In this document: in pieces, positions 15,567-27,509 of the stretch | Position numbering within the stretch: position 1 is the stretch's first letter | Layout of the letters: the number at the start of each line of letters is the position of its first letter | From: Candidatus Eiseniibacteriota bacterium | GTDB lineage: Bacteria > Eisenbacteria > RBG-16-71-46 > CAIMUX01 | Direction of reading: 5' to 3' | Length of the DNA: 64,000 nt | NCBI GenBank assembly: GCA_903844735.1 | Contig: CAIMUX010000086.1 | Span: 9,074 to 73,073 of the forward strand | Notes under the pieces: model-generated | What the model was told of the DNA's origin: nothing | The model's database searches: none | The model's input: only the letters and a program-made list of their open reading frames with translations | Translations under genes and position numbers: made by a program

Positions 15567-17636
15567 ATGGTCAGCGAAGGCGGCAAGCATAGTGGGGTCA
15601 GACGGGGCGAGCGTGGTCGACGCATCCTGGAGAGGCCAGCGGGGACTCGCTGCCTGCCGCTTCTCATGGCTTTGCTCCTGGGTCTGGCTCCCGCGGCGGC
15701 GCGCGCCGGGGACATGGAAGGCCCACTCAGCGGGACCCGTCGGCCGGGCGCGCCGTCCGAGGGCGATTACCGGCTGGAACGGATCCGCTTTGAGAACGAC
15801 GGTGAGTGGCTGCGCATGACGATTCCGATCAAGGCGCCGTGGGCGCACTGGACGCTCACCGACCCGCCGCGCATCATCGTCGACCTGGGTCAGACCACGA
15901 GTTTTCTGTCCAAGGCTCCCGGTCTCTACCAGGCCCGACTCGACCGGGGTCCGGTGCGCACCGTGCGGACCAGTCAGTTCCTCTACTCGCCCCTTGACCA
16001 TCGCGTGCGCATTACCCTCGACCTGTCGGAGGTGGTGCCGTACCAAGCACGCCGGGTCGGTGACGAGATCCAGATCCTGATCCCCGACCGCGGCGCGCGC
16101 ACGCCGCGCGCGGTCATGATCGGCCCGGCCGGGATAGCCGGGATCGACGGCGATCCCGCCCTGGCGAACGGGACATCCCCGTCTGCGGCCGGCGGAATCG
16201 CGACCGGCGCGATGATGACGACCCTCGTGCCCCTGTCCCGACTGAGCGCGCCGCGTCCCGATGCTGTGCCGTCCGAGGTCGCCTCAGGGGAGGCTGCGCG
16301 AGCTGACGAAGAGCCGGCGCAGAAGGTCGTGTCCCTCCTGGCGGGGGGCTCGGCCCAGGTGGCCGGGGGTACGGCAGACGGAGCAAACCGTCCGCCGGCG
16401 AGGACGTTGATGGACGCCCTGAGTGAATTCGGCGGGATCGCGGTCGAGCCTGTCGCCGACGACGAGACCGACCCACCCTCTGTGTCCCCATCACTGGGGC
16501 TGGTCTCTCGCGACGGCGACGCGGTGCCCGGCTCGCGTGAGCTCGCACCGTCCCCGACTGACGTCGGGTCGGTCTCCCGCGTCGGTGGAGCCGCGACCGC
16601 GACTTCGCGGTCCACGCGCGCCTTGCCCCCCGCGCGAGCCCGCCTCACCTTCGTGCCTGCCTCCTCTCCGGGCGCCAGCGCCTCGGCGGCTTCCTCTCCC
16701 ACCGCCTCGGTGCGCGAAACGCCGCCCGCGGGGGAGATGGATGGTGAGGGGGCGACCGGTTCCGCTCCGCCGGTGCCCCCCAAAGAACGTAGTGCGGCGC
16801 GTCTGCTGCGCCAGGCCGTGCTCGCCACGCTGCGAGGAGATCTTAAGACGGCCGGGGCGACGGCAGAACGGGCGCACCGTTTCTATGCGGGAACCGCGTC
16901 GGGTGATCAGTGCGGTTTCCTGGCCCGGGAGATCTTCCTCCTCCTGAAGAGACCCGCCGACGCAGGCCGGTCGGCAGCACTGCCCGCGTTGCCCTCGCTT
17001 CCCGACACCACGCGGTTGCCGCGCGCCCTCTATCTGTCCTTTGTCGACCAGTACCGGCGATCAGGTGACCTGGCGGCGGTCGACCGGGTGCTGGGCCAGT
17101 GGGGTCCGGCCTACAGTCCCCTGCCGGGGTTGGGAGCGCTGCAGTATGCGATGGGCGAGGCGTTCCTCCGCGCCGGGGACGCGGCCGCCGCCGAGGAACA
17201 CCTGCGCATGGTGCCTCCGGGCGACTCGCTCCACGTGCCCGCGCTTCTGCTGATCGCCCTGGTGCAGGATCGCCGCGGCGAGCGTGAGTCGGCCCTGGAG
17301 ACCTACCGCCAGGTGACCGCCCTGGGGCCGGGGCCGTACCAGGCGCGAGGACTGGCGCGTACGGCCGATCTGGAGTTCCAGCTCGGACGCGTCCACGAAG
17401 CCCTCGCCTCCTACGAACGCCTCCTGCAATCGAGCCCTCCGCGCGACGAGGAGGTTTGGGCGGTATATCAGGCCGGCAACTGCCACTTGCTGCTCGGCGA
17501 GTCTACGCCGGCCAAGGAGCGCTATGAGACCGTGGCGAAGCTGTGGCCGCAGTCGTTCTGGGCTCCCTTCGCCAAGGAACGGCTGGAGGAAATGACGTGG
17601 CGTGCCCAGTGGGCGGCCGGGAACGGTGTGCGATGA
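15567..17636 (+). CDS. Secreted AMIN-domain protein with Pro/Ala/Ser-rich linker and C-terminal TPR repeats
   Basis: Signal peptide 'LPLLMALLLGLAPAAARA'. AMIN-like 'YRLERIRFENDGEWLRMTIPI...PPRIIVDLGQT...RVRITLDL'. C-terminal TPR-like 'AMGEAFLRAGDAAAAEEHLRMV...ALETYRQVTALGPGPYQARGLARTADLEFQLGRVHEALASYERLL'. Confidence 0.55.
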   Translation: MVSEGGKHSGVRRGERGRRILERPAGTRCLPLLMALLLGLAPAAARAGDMEGPLSGTRRPGAPSEGDYRLERIRFENDGEWLRMTIPIKAPWAHWTLTDPPRIIVDLGQTTSFLSKAPGLYQARLDRGPVRTVRTSQFLYSPLDHRVRITLDLSEVVPYQARRVGDEIQILIPDRGARTPRAVMIGPAGIAGIDGDPALANGTSPSAAGGIATGAMMTTLVPLSRLSAPRPDAVPSEVASGEAARADEEPAQKVVSLLAGGSAQVAGGTADGANRPPARTLMDALSEFGGIAVEPVADDETDPPSVSPSLGLVSRDGDAVPGSRELAPSPTDVGSVSRVGGAATATSRSTRALPPARARLTFVPASSPGASASAASSPTASVRETPPAGEMDGEGATGSAPPVPPKERSAARLLRQAVLATLRGDLKTAGATAERAHRFYAGTASGDQCGFLAREIFLLLKRPADAGRSAALPALPSLPDTTRLPRALYLSFVDQYRRSGDLAAVDRVLGQWGPAYSPLPGLGALQYAMGEAFLRAGDAAAAEEHLRMVPPGDSLHVPALLLIALVQDRRGERESALETYRQVTALGPGPYQARGLARTADLEFQLGRVHEALASYERLLQSSPPRDEEVWAVYQAGNCHLLLGESTPAKERYETVAKLWPQSFWAPFAKERLEEMTWRAQWAAGNGVR

Positions 17637-19101
17637 GCCGTGCGACGAAAGCACCGGCCGACCTATTGGGGGGAACGCCTCTCCATCCGAGACGCACGCC
17701 CCCTTATACGAAGGGCACGGCTCCCGCAAGCGGGGGGGCGCCGGGCGGGAAGGCCGTGGCACACGGATCTGCCTCGCCGGTGAGGCGTCAAACAAACGCC
17801 CGAACGGCGTGCGATTCGGGAGAACTCGACTCGCTGCGGCGCCTTCTCGAAGGGCGCGAGCAGCTTTGTCTCATCCTCGAGGAACTGCTGGAGGCGTCCA
17901 CGGACGGAGTGGTCGCGCTCGATTTCCGTGGGCGCGTGGTCCATGTCTCCGGGGCGCTTTTCGGTTGGGCTGCGGGCCGGGATGGTGCGGCGAATCCGCC
18001 GGGTCCGCGGGGCATAGCAACGGCGTCTCCGGATCAGTGCCTCCCTCGTTCGGTGCGCCAGCGGTTGCGCCGCGAGGCAGCGGGGATCGAGGCGGGCGAG
18101 ACGATTCGCTTCGAGCTCCCCTGGTCGCGCCCTGACCGCGGCACGGAACTCTATCGCGTCGTCGCCACCGCGGGCACCGATCTGGCAGGCAGTCCCGCTC
18201 TCGCGAGGCGCAGCCCCGCCGAGATAGGCCAGGGTCGCGCCGAAACAGGACGCGGTCCCGCCGAGACAGGACACGGCGGACGCCTCCTGACCCTTTTTGC
18301 GTTCTTCGACCGCACGCGCGAAGCGACGGTGGAGCGCGAGCTCGCCGAGGCGAGAAACTTGGCGGCCCTCGGGCAGATGGCGGCCACAGTGGCTCACGAA
18401 CTTCGCAACCCGCTTGGAGCCATTCAGGGATTTGCCGGCCTGTTGAGCCGCGACCTAGTCGGGCAGCCCGCCCTCTTGCGGCAGGCGGAGCGGATCCTTC
18501 GCGGGGTGGAAGGGGCCAACCGCATCGTAAGCGACCTGCTTGAGTATACGCATCCGGTGGCGCCGCGGCGGGAGTCGGTGTCGCTTTCGATTCTGCTGGC
18601 GGAAAGCATCGCAGCGTGGCGTGCTTCGACACCGTCGCCTGGCCGGACGGAGGTTGACCTGTGCGTCGACCCCGATCTTCCCGATTGTTTCTGCGACGCG
18701 CGGCTCGTGCAGCAGGCGCTGCAAAACCTCTACGCCAACGCGGTTCAGGCGATGGGCGAGGAAGGGGGCACGCTCTTCGTGCGGGCGCGGGCCGCGGGAC
18801 CCGCGGGACGGCCCGACCGGTTGCGCGTCGTGGTGCGCGATACCGGATGCGGACTGGGCGCCGACGAAGTAGCGCGGATCTTCCAACCTTTCTACACCAC
18901 GCGCCCCGGCGGAACCGGCCTGGGGTTACCGCTGGTGCGGCGCATCGTGGAAGCGCATGGCGGCCATGTCCACGTGGTGAGTGCGCCGGGTCGCGGGACT
19001 TCCGTGGTCATTGACCTGCCGGCGGCGAGCCTCGAGTTGCCGAGCGGCCGGGACGAACCCGGCGAGGAGGATGTCGCGGGGGTCTGGGAGGAGAGAGCGG
19101 T

Positions 19102-19105
<4 letters not shown>
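17633..19105 (+). CDS. Sensor histidine kinase (second, paralogous), cytoplasmic-type
   Basis: 'LAALGQMAATVAHELRNPLGAIQGFAGLL', 'LQNLYANAVQAM', 'VVRDTGCGLGADEVARIFQPFYTTRPGGTGLGLPLVRRIVEAHGG'. ATG 17633 overlaps the upstream stop (ATGA). Confidence 0.8.
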
Positions 19106-20535
<1,430 letters not shown>

Positions 20536-20677
20536 TTCCGGTGCGGCGCGGCTACTCGGGTAGCAGGAAGTCAGAGTGAAAGTCGGCACCCGGATGCGGT
20601 ATCGCTGATCGGCTACCGGATGACCACCCAGCGTACCGTCTGTCGGACCGCCCCCGCCGTGTCGTGGCCGTCCAGCC

Positions 20678-22468
20678 TCACGAAGTAGATCCCCGTCGGG
20701 AGGGACCGGCTGTCGGTCCCGAAGTTGTCCCACTCAGCGTCCAGCTCCCGGGCCGGTATTCCTGCTCGCCGCCGAACGGGTCTGTCAAGCGCCGCCCGCC
20801 CGCGTCGAACAAGGTCAGGCGCAGCGTCGTGCTGCGTCCCACGGCCATCCCGAGCCGCGCCTTCCCCGTGGACGGATTCGGCATCATCCGGCAGCGAAGA
20901 CGATCGTCCGCGGGCAGGCCGCCTGGGCCGGAAGGATCGGGGTCGTCTTCGCTCGGCGCGTCCACGCGGAGATCGACAACGTGCAGCAAGTGGTCACTGG
21001 CGCCGGAATCGGCTGCCTGCAGCCCGCGAGCGGCGAGACTGTCGGCCGACATACCCGACGGGTCGAGGACGAAATGGTTTGCCGGTGACACGGCGGAGTC
21101 GTTGTACACGAGATAATCGATCCGGCCGGGCCAGAATGTGCTCTCGGCGCTGAGCCACGTATAGCAGAGCCGCCTCTCGGTCTGCCGTGAGATTACGTCG
21201 GTGAGCGATCCGCCATCCCAATCGGGAGCGAAGTCGGGTCCGAAGGTCGCGTTGTCGCTGATGTTTCCCGTCAGCAGCGACGTGCGCGTCCCCGATGCGC
21301 CGACGAAGTTGGTGTCGCCCATGAAGAGGATCGCCGCTCCCGGGGGTAAGTCCGGCGATCCGCCCGGGTTCATGGCATCGCGGATGAAGGACAGGATGCG
21401 GTCGATCTCCTCTTGGCGTCCGGCATCGTTGTCGCAGCAATAGAGATGCACATTGATCACCAGAGTCCGCTTGCCGATCGCCGCCTCGGTGTCGAGGCAG
21501 ACCGCGAGGTTGCCATCCAGCGGCCACGATCCGAGCACGGGGTAGCGGCTGACGGTGATGCAGTCGTGGTTTCCGGCGGCGTACCAGGTGCCGGGCAACC
21601 ATGAGGCGACGAGAGCGCGGGTCACCTCCGGCGTGTGGTCATAGATCTCCTGGAAGCTGAGAATATCGGGAGCCACGGCCTGGATCTGTCGCTCGAACTT
21701 CGGCCGGAGGGCACCGTTCCACGGTCTGTCCGAGAGCACGTTCCAAGTCGCGACGCGCAGGTCGGTGGTGAGCCGCCGGGCCAGAGGCAAGGGTGTTTCC
21801 GTGATCGGCGGACCCTGGTCGAGCTCGTAGGAAAGTGTCCATCCCGTGTTCGGGAGGACGTCGCCGCCGGTGTCGGTGTCGCGGAGCAGCACCCGGATGG
21901 TTCTGCCCGCGTCGCCGAGGAACAGCGGATGGGTCCCGTCGGGCAGCGCATCGCGGCGAAAGGCAACCTCGAATGCCGTGCCGCTGAACGTGGGCAGGCC
22001 GATGAAGCCGCAGTCGTTCCAGTGCACCGTGACCTGCATGGCGCCGGAGTAGAAGGTCCCGGACTTGTGGCCCGGGCGCCAGACGAGGTCGGCGCCGATC
22101 CCGTTCACCGGCTGGCCGGTGGCGGCGTTGTTGTCGGTGTCGAGGGCCAGGTTGATGTTGTTCCCGCCGTTCAAGAGCAGATCCGCGCCGACCTCGAAGC
22201 GGATATAGAGGTGCCGCGGGTCGTCGGCGAGCCAGAGACGGCGGAGGTCGATGCCACTCGCGCCCGCGTCTCCGGACGCGTCGGTCCAGGCTGGTGCGGC
22301 GGCGCCCCAGTCCTCGAAGAAGCCGTCGAGGACGACCGGAAGCCTTTCGGCGCGGGCGGTGGACGCGATTCCGAGGACGGCCATGAGAGCCAGGAAGGTG
22401 GCCGCGGGCCCCCGGCGGGGAACGGGGCGGACGAGTCGGAACGGACATAAATGGGGGGTCGGATGCAT
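20678..22468 (-). CDS. Secreted endonuclease/exonuclease/phosphatase (EEP) family protein with T9SS-type (Por) C-terminal sorting domain; C-terminus frameshifted
   Basis: Signal peptide 'FLALMAVLGIASTARA'. EEP motifs 'ATWNVLSD', 'ILSFQEI', 'FMGDTNF', 'DHLLHVVDL'. C-terminal 'MPNPSTGKARLGMAV...LRLTLFDAGGRRLTDPFGGEQEYRPGS' matches the first half of a T9SS CTD. The second half ('AEWDNFGTDSRSLPTGIYFVRLDGHDTAGAVRQTVRWVVIR*', ending at 20613) continues in another frame. This implies a 1-nt indel in the CCCGGG run at 20747-20752. The only confident reverse-strand gene. Confidence 0.6.
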   Translation of the reverse strand: MHPTPHLCPFRLVRPVPRRGPAATFLALMAVLGIASTARAERLPVVLDGFFEDWGAAAPAWTDASGDAGASGIDLRRLWLADDPRHLYIRFEVGADLLLNGGNNINLALDTDNNAATGQPVNGIGADLVWRPGHKSGTFYSGAMQVTVHWNDCGFIGLPTFSGTAFEVAFRRDALPDGTHPLFLGDAGRTIRVLLRDTDTGGDVLPNTGWTLSYELDQGPPITETPLPLARRLTTDLRVATWNVLSDRPWNGALRPKFERQIQAVAPDILSFQEIYDHTPEVTRALVASWLPGTWYAAGNHDCITVSRYPVLGSWPLDGNLAVCLDTEAAIGKRTLVINVHLYCCDNDAGRQEEIDRILSFIRDAMNPGGSPDLPPGAAILFMGDTNFVGASGTRTSLLTGNISDNATFGPDFAPDWDGGSLTDVISRQTERRLCYTWLSAESTFWPGRIDYLVYNDSAVSPANHFVLDPSGMSADSLAARGLQAADSGASDHLLHVVDLRVDAPSEDDPDPSGPGGLPADDRLRCRMMPNPSTGKARLGMAVGRSTTLRLTLFDAGGRRLTDPFGGEQEYRPGSWTLSGTTSGPTAGPSRRGSTS

Positions 22469-22911
22469 GTGGAGTTCTCTCTTTCCGGGTGTCGAGCCGC
22501 GGCATTCGGCCGCCGGTCAGGTCGCCGGCCTGGATGTCGGCCTCTCGTCATCAAAGAGACTGGAGACTGCAGCGTGCCGGGTCGCCGACCATCTGCCGGC
22601 TCGGAAGAAGGCCGGCGTTCTTTTTTGGGTACGGAAAGAGGATGGCCCGCGAGGCAAACTGCTCTGTGCTTCGGTGGCTCCGTTCGAGGGCACGGCGCTT
22701 TCTCGCTCCGCGCGGCCCAGTGTGTGCAAGCGCATGATCGGGAGGCTCTTGGGCGGTTGCCGACGATGCTTTTCGGGCATGGCCGGCGGTGCGAGTCAAT
22801 CCCCGGACGGCTTCTCAGTCACTTGCGGCGTTTCCGCGCGATAGGTATTCTCCCCGGCGATCCGCAAACCAATCGGACGATCGACAGGAGGAGCCCCTGA
22901 GAACGGTGACC

Positions 22912-23154
22912 ATGACCCATGCTTTCATGTTTCTCGCCTTCCTGGGGGTCGCGACGGCCCGGGCTCAGGAAAACGGGACGATCGTGGCCTGGGGGGCGAA
23001 CTCGTTCGGCCAGTGCAACGTGCCGGGGCCCGACACCGGCTCCGTGGCGATTGCGACGGGTGGTCAGGACGCCCTGGGTCTCAGGATTCCGGCGCATGGG
23101 GCCTGTTGTCACACCGATGGTTCCTGCGCCTACGGGATCCAGGACAGACGATGA
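22912..23154 (+). CDS. Small secreted RCC1-repeat-like protein (possible fragment)
   Basis: '[40 protein letters not shown]' contains a signal peptide plus one RCC1-like 'WGxNxxGQ' motif. Only 80 aa; its stop overlaps the icmF ATG (ATGA). Weak. Confidence 0.2.
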   Translation: MTHAFMFLAFLGVATARAQENGTIVAWGANSFGQCNVPGPDTGSVAIATGGQDALGLRIPAHGACCHTDGSCAYGIQDRR

Positions 23155-26100
23155 CCCAATCCAACGAGCGATATCAGCTTCGTCACCAGGTGCGCGTCGT
23201 CACCGCGACCAGCCTCTTCGACGGTCATGACGCGGCGATCAACATCATGCGGCGCCTGATCCAGCAGGGCGGAGCCGAGGTCATCCACCTGGGCCACAAT
23301 CGCTCGGTGGCCGAGATTGTTGAGGCCGCTATCGAAGAGGACGCCCAGGCTGTGGCTGTTTCTTCGTATCAGGGTGGCCACAACGAGTTTTTCCGCTATA
23401 TGGTCGACATGCTGAGGGAGCGCGGCGCGGGGCACATCCGTGTCTTCGGTGGCGGCGGCGGTGTCATCCGTCCCGACGAGATCCGCGAGCTTGAAGCGTA
23501 TGGCGTCGAGCGCATCTACGATCCCGAGGACGGCCGCAAGCTAGGCCTTTCGGGCATGATCGACGATCTCCTGGAGCGCGCCGACTTCCACACCATCAGC
23601 GTTCCGGGCTCCGACGATCCGAGCACCAAGGGCGCGGCCATGCCCGACCCGAGCCGGCTCACGGTCGACGACCACGCCGCCGTGGCCCGGTTGATCACCC
23701 TGACCGAGATGGGTGCCGGCGCCTACGACTTCGTCTCCGCGGCGGTCCGCGAGCGGGCGGCGAAAAGTCAAGCCCCGGTCGTTGGCATCACCGGCACCGG
23801 CGGCGCGGGCAAGAGCTCGCTCGTCGACGAATTGGTGCGCCGATTACGTCACGACCATCCCGACAAGCGCCTGGCCGTGCTCTCCGCCGATCCTTCCAAG
23901 CGTCGCACCGGCGGGGCCCTGCTCGGCGACCGCATTCGCATGAACGCCATCCACGGCTCGGACGTTTACATGCGCTCTCTGGCCACCCGCGGCTCGCGCA
24001 CCGAATTGCCCGACACTATCCGCGACGCCATCGATGTCGTTAAGGCCGCCGGCTTCGATCTCATCCTCGTCGAGACCTCGGGCATCGGTCAGGGCGATAC
24101 CGCGGTCGTCGACATCTCCGACGTGGCCGTCTACGTCATGACCGCCGAATTCGGCGCCCCGACCCAGCTTGAGAAGATCGATATGATCGACTACGCCGAC
24201 CTCATTTCGATCAACAAATTCGAACGTAAGGGCTCCGACGACGCGCTGCGCGAGGTGCGCCGCCAGTTGCGCCGAGCCAGGAACGCATTCGATGTCGAGC
24301 TCGAAAACCTGCCCGTCTACGGCACCATCGCCTCCAAGTTCAACGACGAGGGTGTCAACGGCCTTTACGCCGGTCTGTGCGAGATCCTCGCCAGGAAAAA
24401 GGACGCGGGCTTTGTCTGCAAGTTGCCGGCCTCGGTCATCTCCCGCACATCCAGCCAGAAGTCGCTCATCCCGGTGGATCGCAACCGCTATCTCGGCGAG
24501 ATCGCGGACGCGGTCCGGGGCTACAAAGCCAGGGCCGCCACCGAGGCCGAGCTCGCCCGTCAACGTCAGCACCTTACCTGCGCCGCCGAGTTGCTCGACG
24601 GTTCGGCTCGCGAGGCCGCGCTGCTGAAGCGCGCTGAGATCGACAAGCGGCTCTCGCCCGCAAGCCTTAGCCTCATCGAAGGCTGGCAGTGCCTGCGCGA
24701 CGCCTACGCCGGCGATACCTTCACCTACAAGGTGCGCGACAAGGAATTCCATTTGAACATCAGCTCCGAGACGCTGGCCGGAACGAGGATCCCACTCGTT
24801 GTCGTACCCGACCTCAAGGACGATGGCGACAAGCTCAGCTACCTGATGCTCGAAAACGTCCCCGGCGCCTTCCCCTTCACCGGCGGCGTCTTCCCCTTCA
24901 AGCGCGATGGCGAGGATCCCAAGCGCCAATTCGCCGGCGAGGGCGGCCCGGTCAAGACCAACCGCCGCTTCCACTACCTGACGCGCAACGACGACGCGAA
25001 GCGCCTCTCCACCGCCTTCGACTCGGTGACACTCTACGGCGAGGATCCGGCACCGCGTCCCGACATCCTAGGCAAGGTCGGCGACTCGGGCGTCTCGATC
25101 TGTTCCCTCGAGGACATAAAGAAACTCTACGCCGGGTTCGATCTGCTCCACCCCGGCACGTCGGTTTCGATGACCATCAACGGGCCGGCGCCGATCATGC
25201 TCGCCTTCTTTTTCAACGCTGCCATCGATCAGCAGGTCGATCTCTTCGTTGCCGATCACGGCCGCGCCCCGAGTCCCGGGGAACACGCCATCATCCGCGC
25301 CAAGACCTTGTCCACGGTGCGCGGCACGGTGCAGGCCGACATCCTCAAGGAAGATCAGGCCCAGAACACTTGCATCTTCTCCACCGAGTTCGCGCTTCGG
25401 ATGATGGGCGATGTCCAGGAGTTCTTCATCGAGAACGACGTGCACAACTACTATTCGGTTTCGATTTCCGGCTACCACATCGCCGAGGCCGGGGCGAACC
25501 CCATCTCCCAGACGGCCTTCACCCTGGCCAACGGCTTCACCTACGTGGAGTACTTCCTCTCGCGCGGCTTTCCCATCGACTCGTTCGCCCCCAACCTCTC
25601 GTTCTTCTTTTCCAACGGCATGGACGCCGAGTACACGGTTATCGGCCGCGTGGCGCGCCGCATCTTCGCCGTGGCGATGCGCGAGAAGTACGGCGCGGCC
25701 GAGCGCAGCCAGAAGCTCAAGTACCACATCCAGACATCGGGCCGCTCGCTGCATGCCCAGGAGATCCAGTTCAACGATATCCGTACCACGTTGCAGGCGT
25801 TGCTCGCGTTCTACGACAACTGCAATTCGCTGCACACCAACAGCTACGACGAGGCGATCACCACTCCCACCGAGGAGTCGGTGCGCCGCGCCATGGCGAT
25901 TCAGCTCATCATCCTGCGCGAGTTCGGTCTCACCAAGAACGAGAACCCGTGGCAGGGCTCGTACGTGGTCGCGGAGCTGACCGAGTTGGTCGAAGAGGCG
26001 ATCCTCTGCGAGTTCGAGCGGCTCTCCGAGCGCGGCGGCGTGCTCGGCGCCATGGAGACCCAGTACCAGCGCGGCAAGATCCAGGACGAATCGATGCTCT

Positions 26101-26423
26101 ACGAGCACCGCAAGCACACCGGTGAGTTGCCGGTGATCGGCGTCAACACCTACCTTGCCGAGAACTCCGAGAACCTCATCCCGAAGAACGTGGAACTGCG
26201 CCGCGCCACCGACGAGGAGAAGCACGAGCAGATCGACAACGTCGCGGGCCTGCAAGAGCGCAACGCCGAGCGGATCGCCGCCTCTCTCGCCGAACTGCAA
26301 CGCGTGGCACTCACCGGCGGCAACACTTTCGCCCAGATGATGGAAACCGCCCGCTACGCATCCCTCGGCCAGATATCGAGCGCCCTGTACAAAGTCGGCG
26401 GCCAGTACCGACGCAGCATGTGA
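23151..26423 (+). CDS. icmF: Fused isobutyryl-CoA mutase IcmF (B12-binding domain + MeaB-like GTPase + acyl-CoA mutase catalytic domain)
   Basis: N-terminal B12-binding '[23 protein letters not shown]...[13 protein letters not shown]', MeaB P-loop '[18 protein letters not shown]', mutase-domain blocks ('...[17 protein letters not shown]', '[15 protein letters not shown]'). 1090 aa, consistent with IcmF. Confidence 0.85.
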   Translation: MTQSNERYQLRHQVRVVTATSLFDGHDAAINIMRRLIQQGGAEVIHLGHNRSVAEIVEAAIEEDAQAVAVSSYQGGHNEFFRYMVDMLRERGAGHIRVFGGGGGVIRPDEIRELEAYGVERIYDPEDGRKLGLSGMIDDLLERADFHTISVPGSDDPSTKGAAMPDPSRLTVDDHAAVARLITLTEMGAGAYDFVSAAVRERAAKSQAPVVGITGTGGAGKSSLVDELVRRLRHDHPDKRLAVLSADPSKRRTGGALLGDRIRMNAIHGSDVYMRSLATRGSRTELPDTIRDAIDVVKAAGFDLILVETSGIGQGDTAVVDISDVAVYVMTAEFGAPTQLEKIDMIDYADLISINKFERKGSDDALREVRRQLRRARNAFDVELENLPVYGTIASKFNDEGVNGLYAGLCEILARKKDAGFVCKLPASVISRTSSQKSLIPVDRNRYLGEIADAVRGYKARAATEAELARQRQHLTCAAELLDGSAREAALLKRAEIDKRLSPASLSLIEGWQCLRDAYAGDTFTYKVRDKEFHLNISSETLAGTRIPLVVVPDLKDDGDKLSYLMLENVPGAFPFTGGVFPFKRDGEDPKRQFAGEGGPVKTNRRFHYLTRNDDAKRLSTAFDSVTLYGEDPAPRPDILGKVGDSGVSICSLEDIKKLYAGFDLLHPGTSVSMTINGPAPIMLAFFFNAAIDQQVDLFVADHGRAPSPGEHAIIRAKTLSTVRGTVQADILKEDQAQNTCIFSTEFALRMMGDVQEFFIENDVHNYYSVSISGYHIAEAGANPISQTAFTLANGFTYVEYFLSRGFPIDSFAPNLSFFFSNGMDAEYTVIGRVARRIFAVAMREKYGAAERSQKLKYHIQTSGRSLHAQEIQFNDIRTTLQALLAFYDNCNSLHTNSYDEAITTPTEESVRRAMAIQLIILREFGLTKNENPWQGSYVVAELTELVEEAILCEFERLSERGGVLGAMETQYQRGKIQDESMLYEHRKHTGELPVIGVNTYLAENSENLIPKNVELRRATDEEKHEQIDNVAGLQERNAERIAASLAELQRVALTGGNTFAQMMETARYASLGQISSALYKVGGQYRRSM

Positions 26424-26956
26424 CGGGTCTTCCGGAGCGAAAGGGGGAAGCCTCTTCCGCGCAGCGGCGTCAAGCGTGCTCGACAACGTGGACCGTCATG
26501 TCTCTCCTGGGTCGCATGATGATCGCGTTGACAACGCCGCACCGGGGGCCGCCCGGCCTTGAGCGGGCAATAGCAGGCGCTTTGGCCGCCCCGGAAGACG
26601 AGGAGTCGCGCGACGCGGTCATCCCGCGGACCCCGAGAGTCCGAAGAACGTTCCCACCTGCGAGCTGTAGGAGGTAACCGAACCACGGGTTGTCCTTTCG
26701 GGCGGTCGCCCAACGGCCCACCGTTCCCCAAGAGGCCCGCGATCTGATCCGGCGAATGTCCACGGGCGATCCGCTTTGGGGACCGCCTCGCCTGGCCGCC
26801 GGCGACAGCTCATGCACAACTTCTTTCCGCCCCCGGGGAAGAACTTTCCCACCCAATCGTCACGACCGGCCGGGCGCGGCTCGATTCTACCTTCAGACTG
26901 TCCGTTATCGGACGGAGTAGCAGTGCGTTGTCGGATCGAATACAGATCGGGATGCC

Positions 26957-26972
26957 GATGGCACGACCGTTG
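26957..26972 (+). promoter_or_regulatory. Sigma-54 (-24/-12) promoter upstream of the flgB-led flagellar operon
   Basis: 'TGGCAC-gaccg-TTGCT' is a perfect match to TGGCAC-N5-TTGCW. It lies about 120 nt upstream of the flgB ATG. Two sigma-54 activators are encoded upstream. Confidence 0.5.
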
Positions 26973-27090
26973 CTCAGATCGACCCGGCCCTAACGGGTCC
27001 GGGTGTCCGGGAGCAGGGAGGCTCCTTCCTTGCTCCCGGGCCCTGTGGCTTGGGAGGCGCCGGATTGGCTCTGAGGTCGCGGAGGCAAAG

Positions 27091-27495
27091 ATGATCGGAA
27101 AGCTGCTGTTCGGAGGACGGGGTTGGAACGATATGAAGGGGGCCCTCGATGCCGGTGCCGTGCGGCAACGCGTCATCGCCTCCAACATCGCCAATGCCGC
27201 GACACCCGGCTATCAGGCCCAGGAGGTCGCCTTCGAGGATGTGCTGAGCGGTGAGAAGGGGAACCTGGCGCTGGCCCAAACGCGCCCGGGACATCTTGGC
27301 GGCAGCGTTGCTCCGTCCCCCTTGCCGGTCGTGCGGCCGCGCGGCGGTGAGGTTCCCCCGGGGAGCATCAACGATGTTGTTATCGAGCAGGAAATGAATG
27401 AGATGGTCCAGAACACCATCCACTTCCAGGCGGTGTCACAGCTTCTGGCCAATCGCTACAAGGGCATTCGCGACGCCATCCGGCCGGGCGCCTGA
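27091..27495 (+). CDS. flgB: Flagellar basal-body rod protein FlgB
   Basis: 'DAGAVRQRVIASNIANAATPGYQAQEVAFEDVL...NDVVIEQEMNEMVQNTIHFQAVSQLL'. ATG 27091 with RBS GGAGGC. Confidence 0.85.
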   Translation: MIGKLLFGGRGWNDMKGALDAGAVRQRVIASNIANAATPGYQAQEVAFEDVLSGEKGNLALAQTRPGHLGGSVAPSPLPVVRPRGGEVPPGSINDVVIEQEMNEMVQNTIHFQAVSQLLANRYKGIRDAIRPGA

Positions 27496-27509
27496 GGAAG
27501 GGCTGAAGG

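Noticed and set aside
21635-22450. 271-aa plus-strand ORF opposite the EEP/T9SS gene
   Set aside because: No recognisable domains. The minus-strand frame carries clear EEP catalytic motifs and a signal peptide, so the plus ORF is the antisense artefact.
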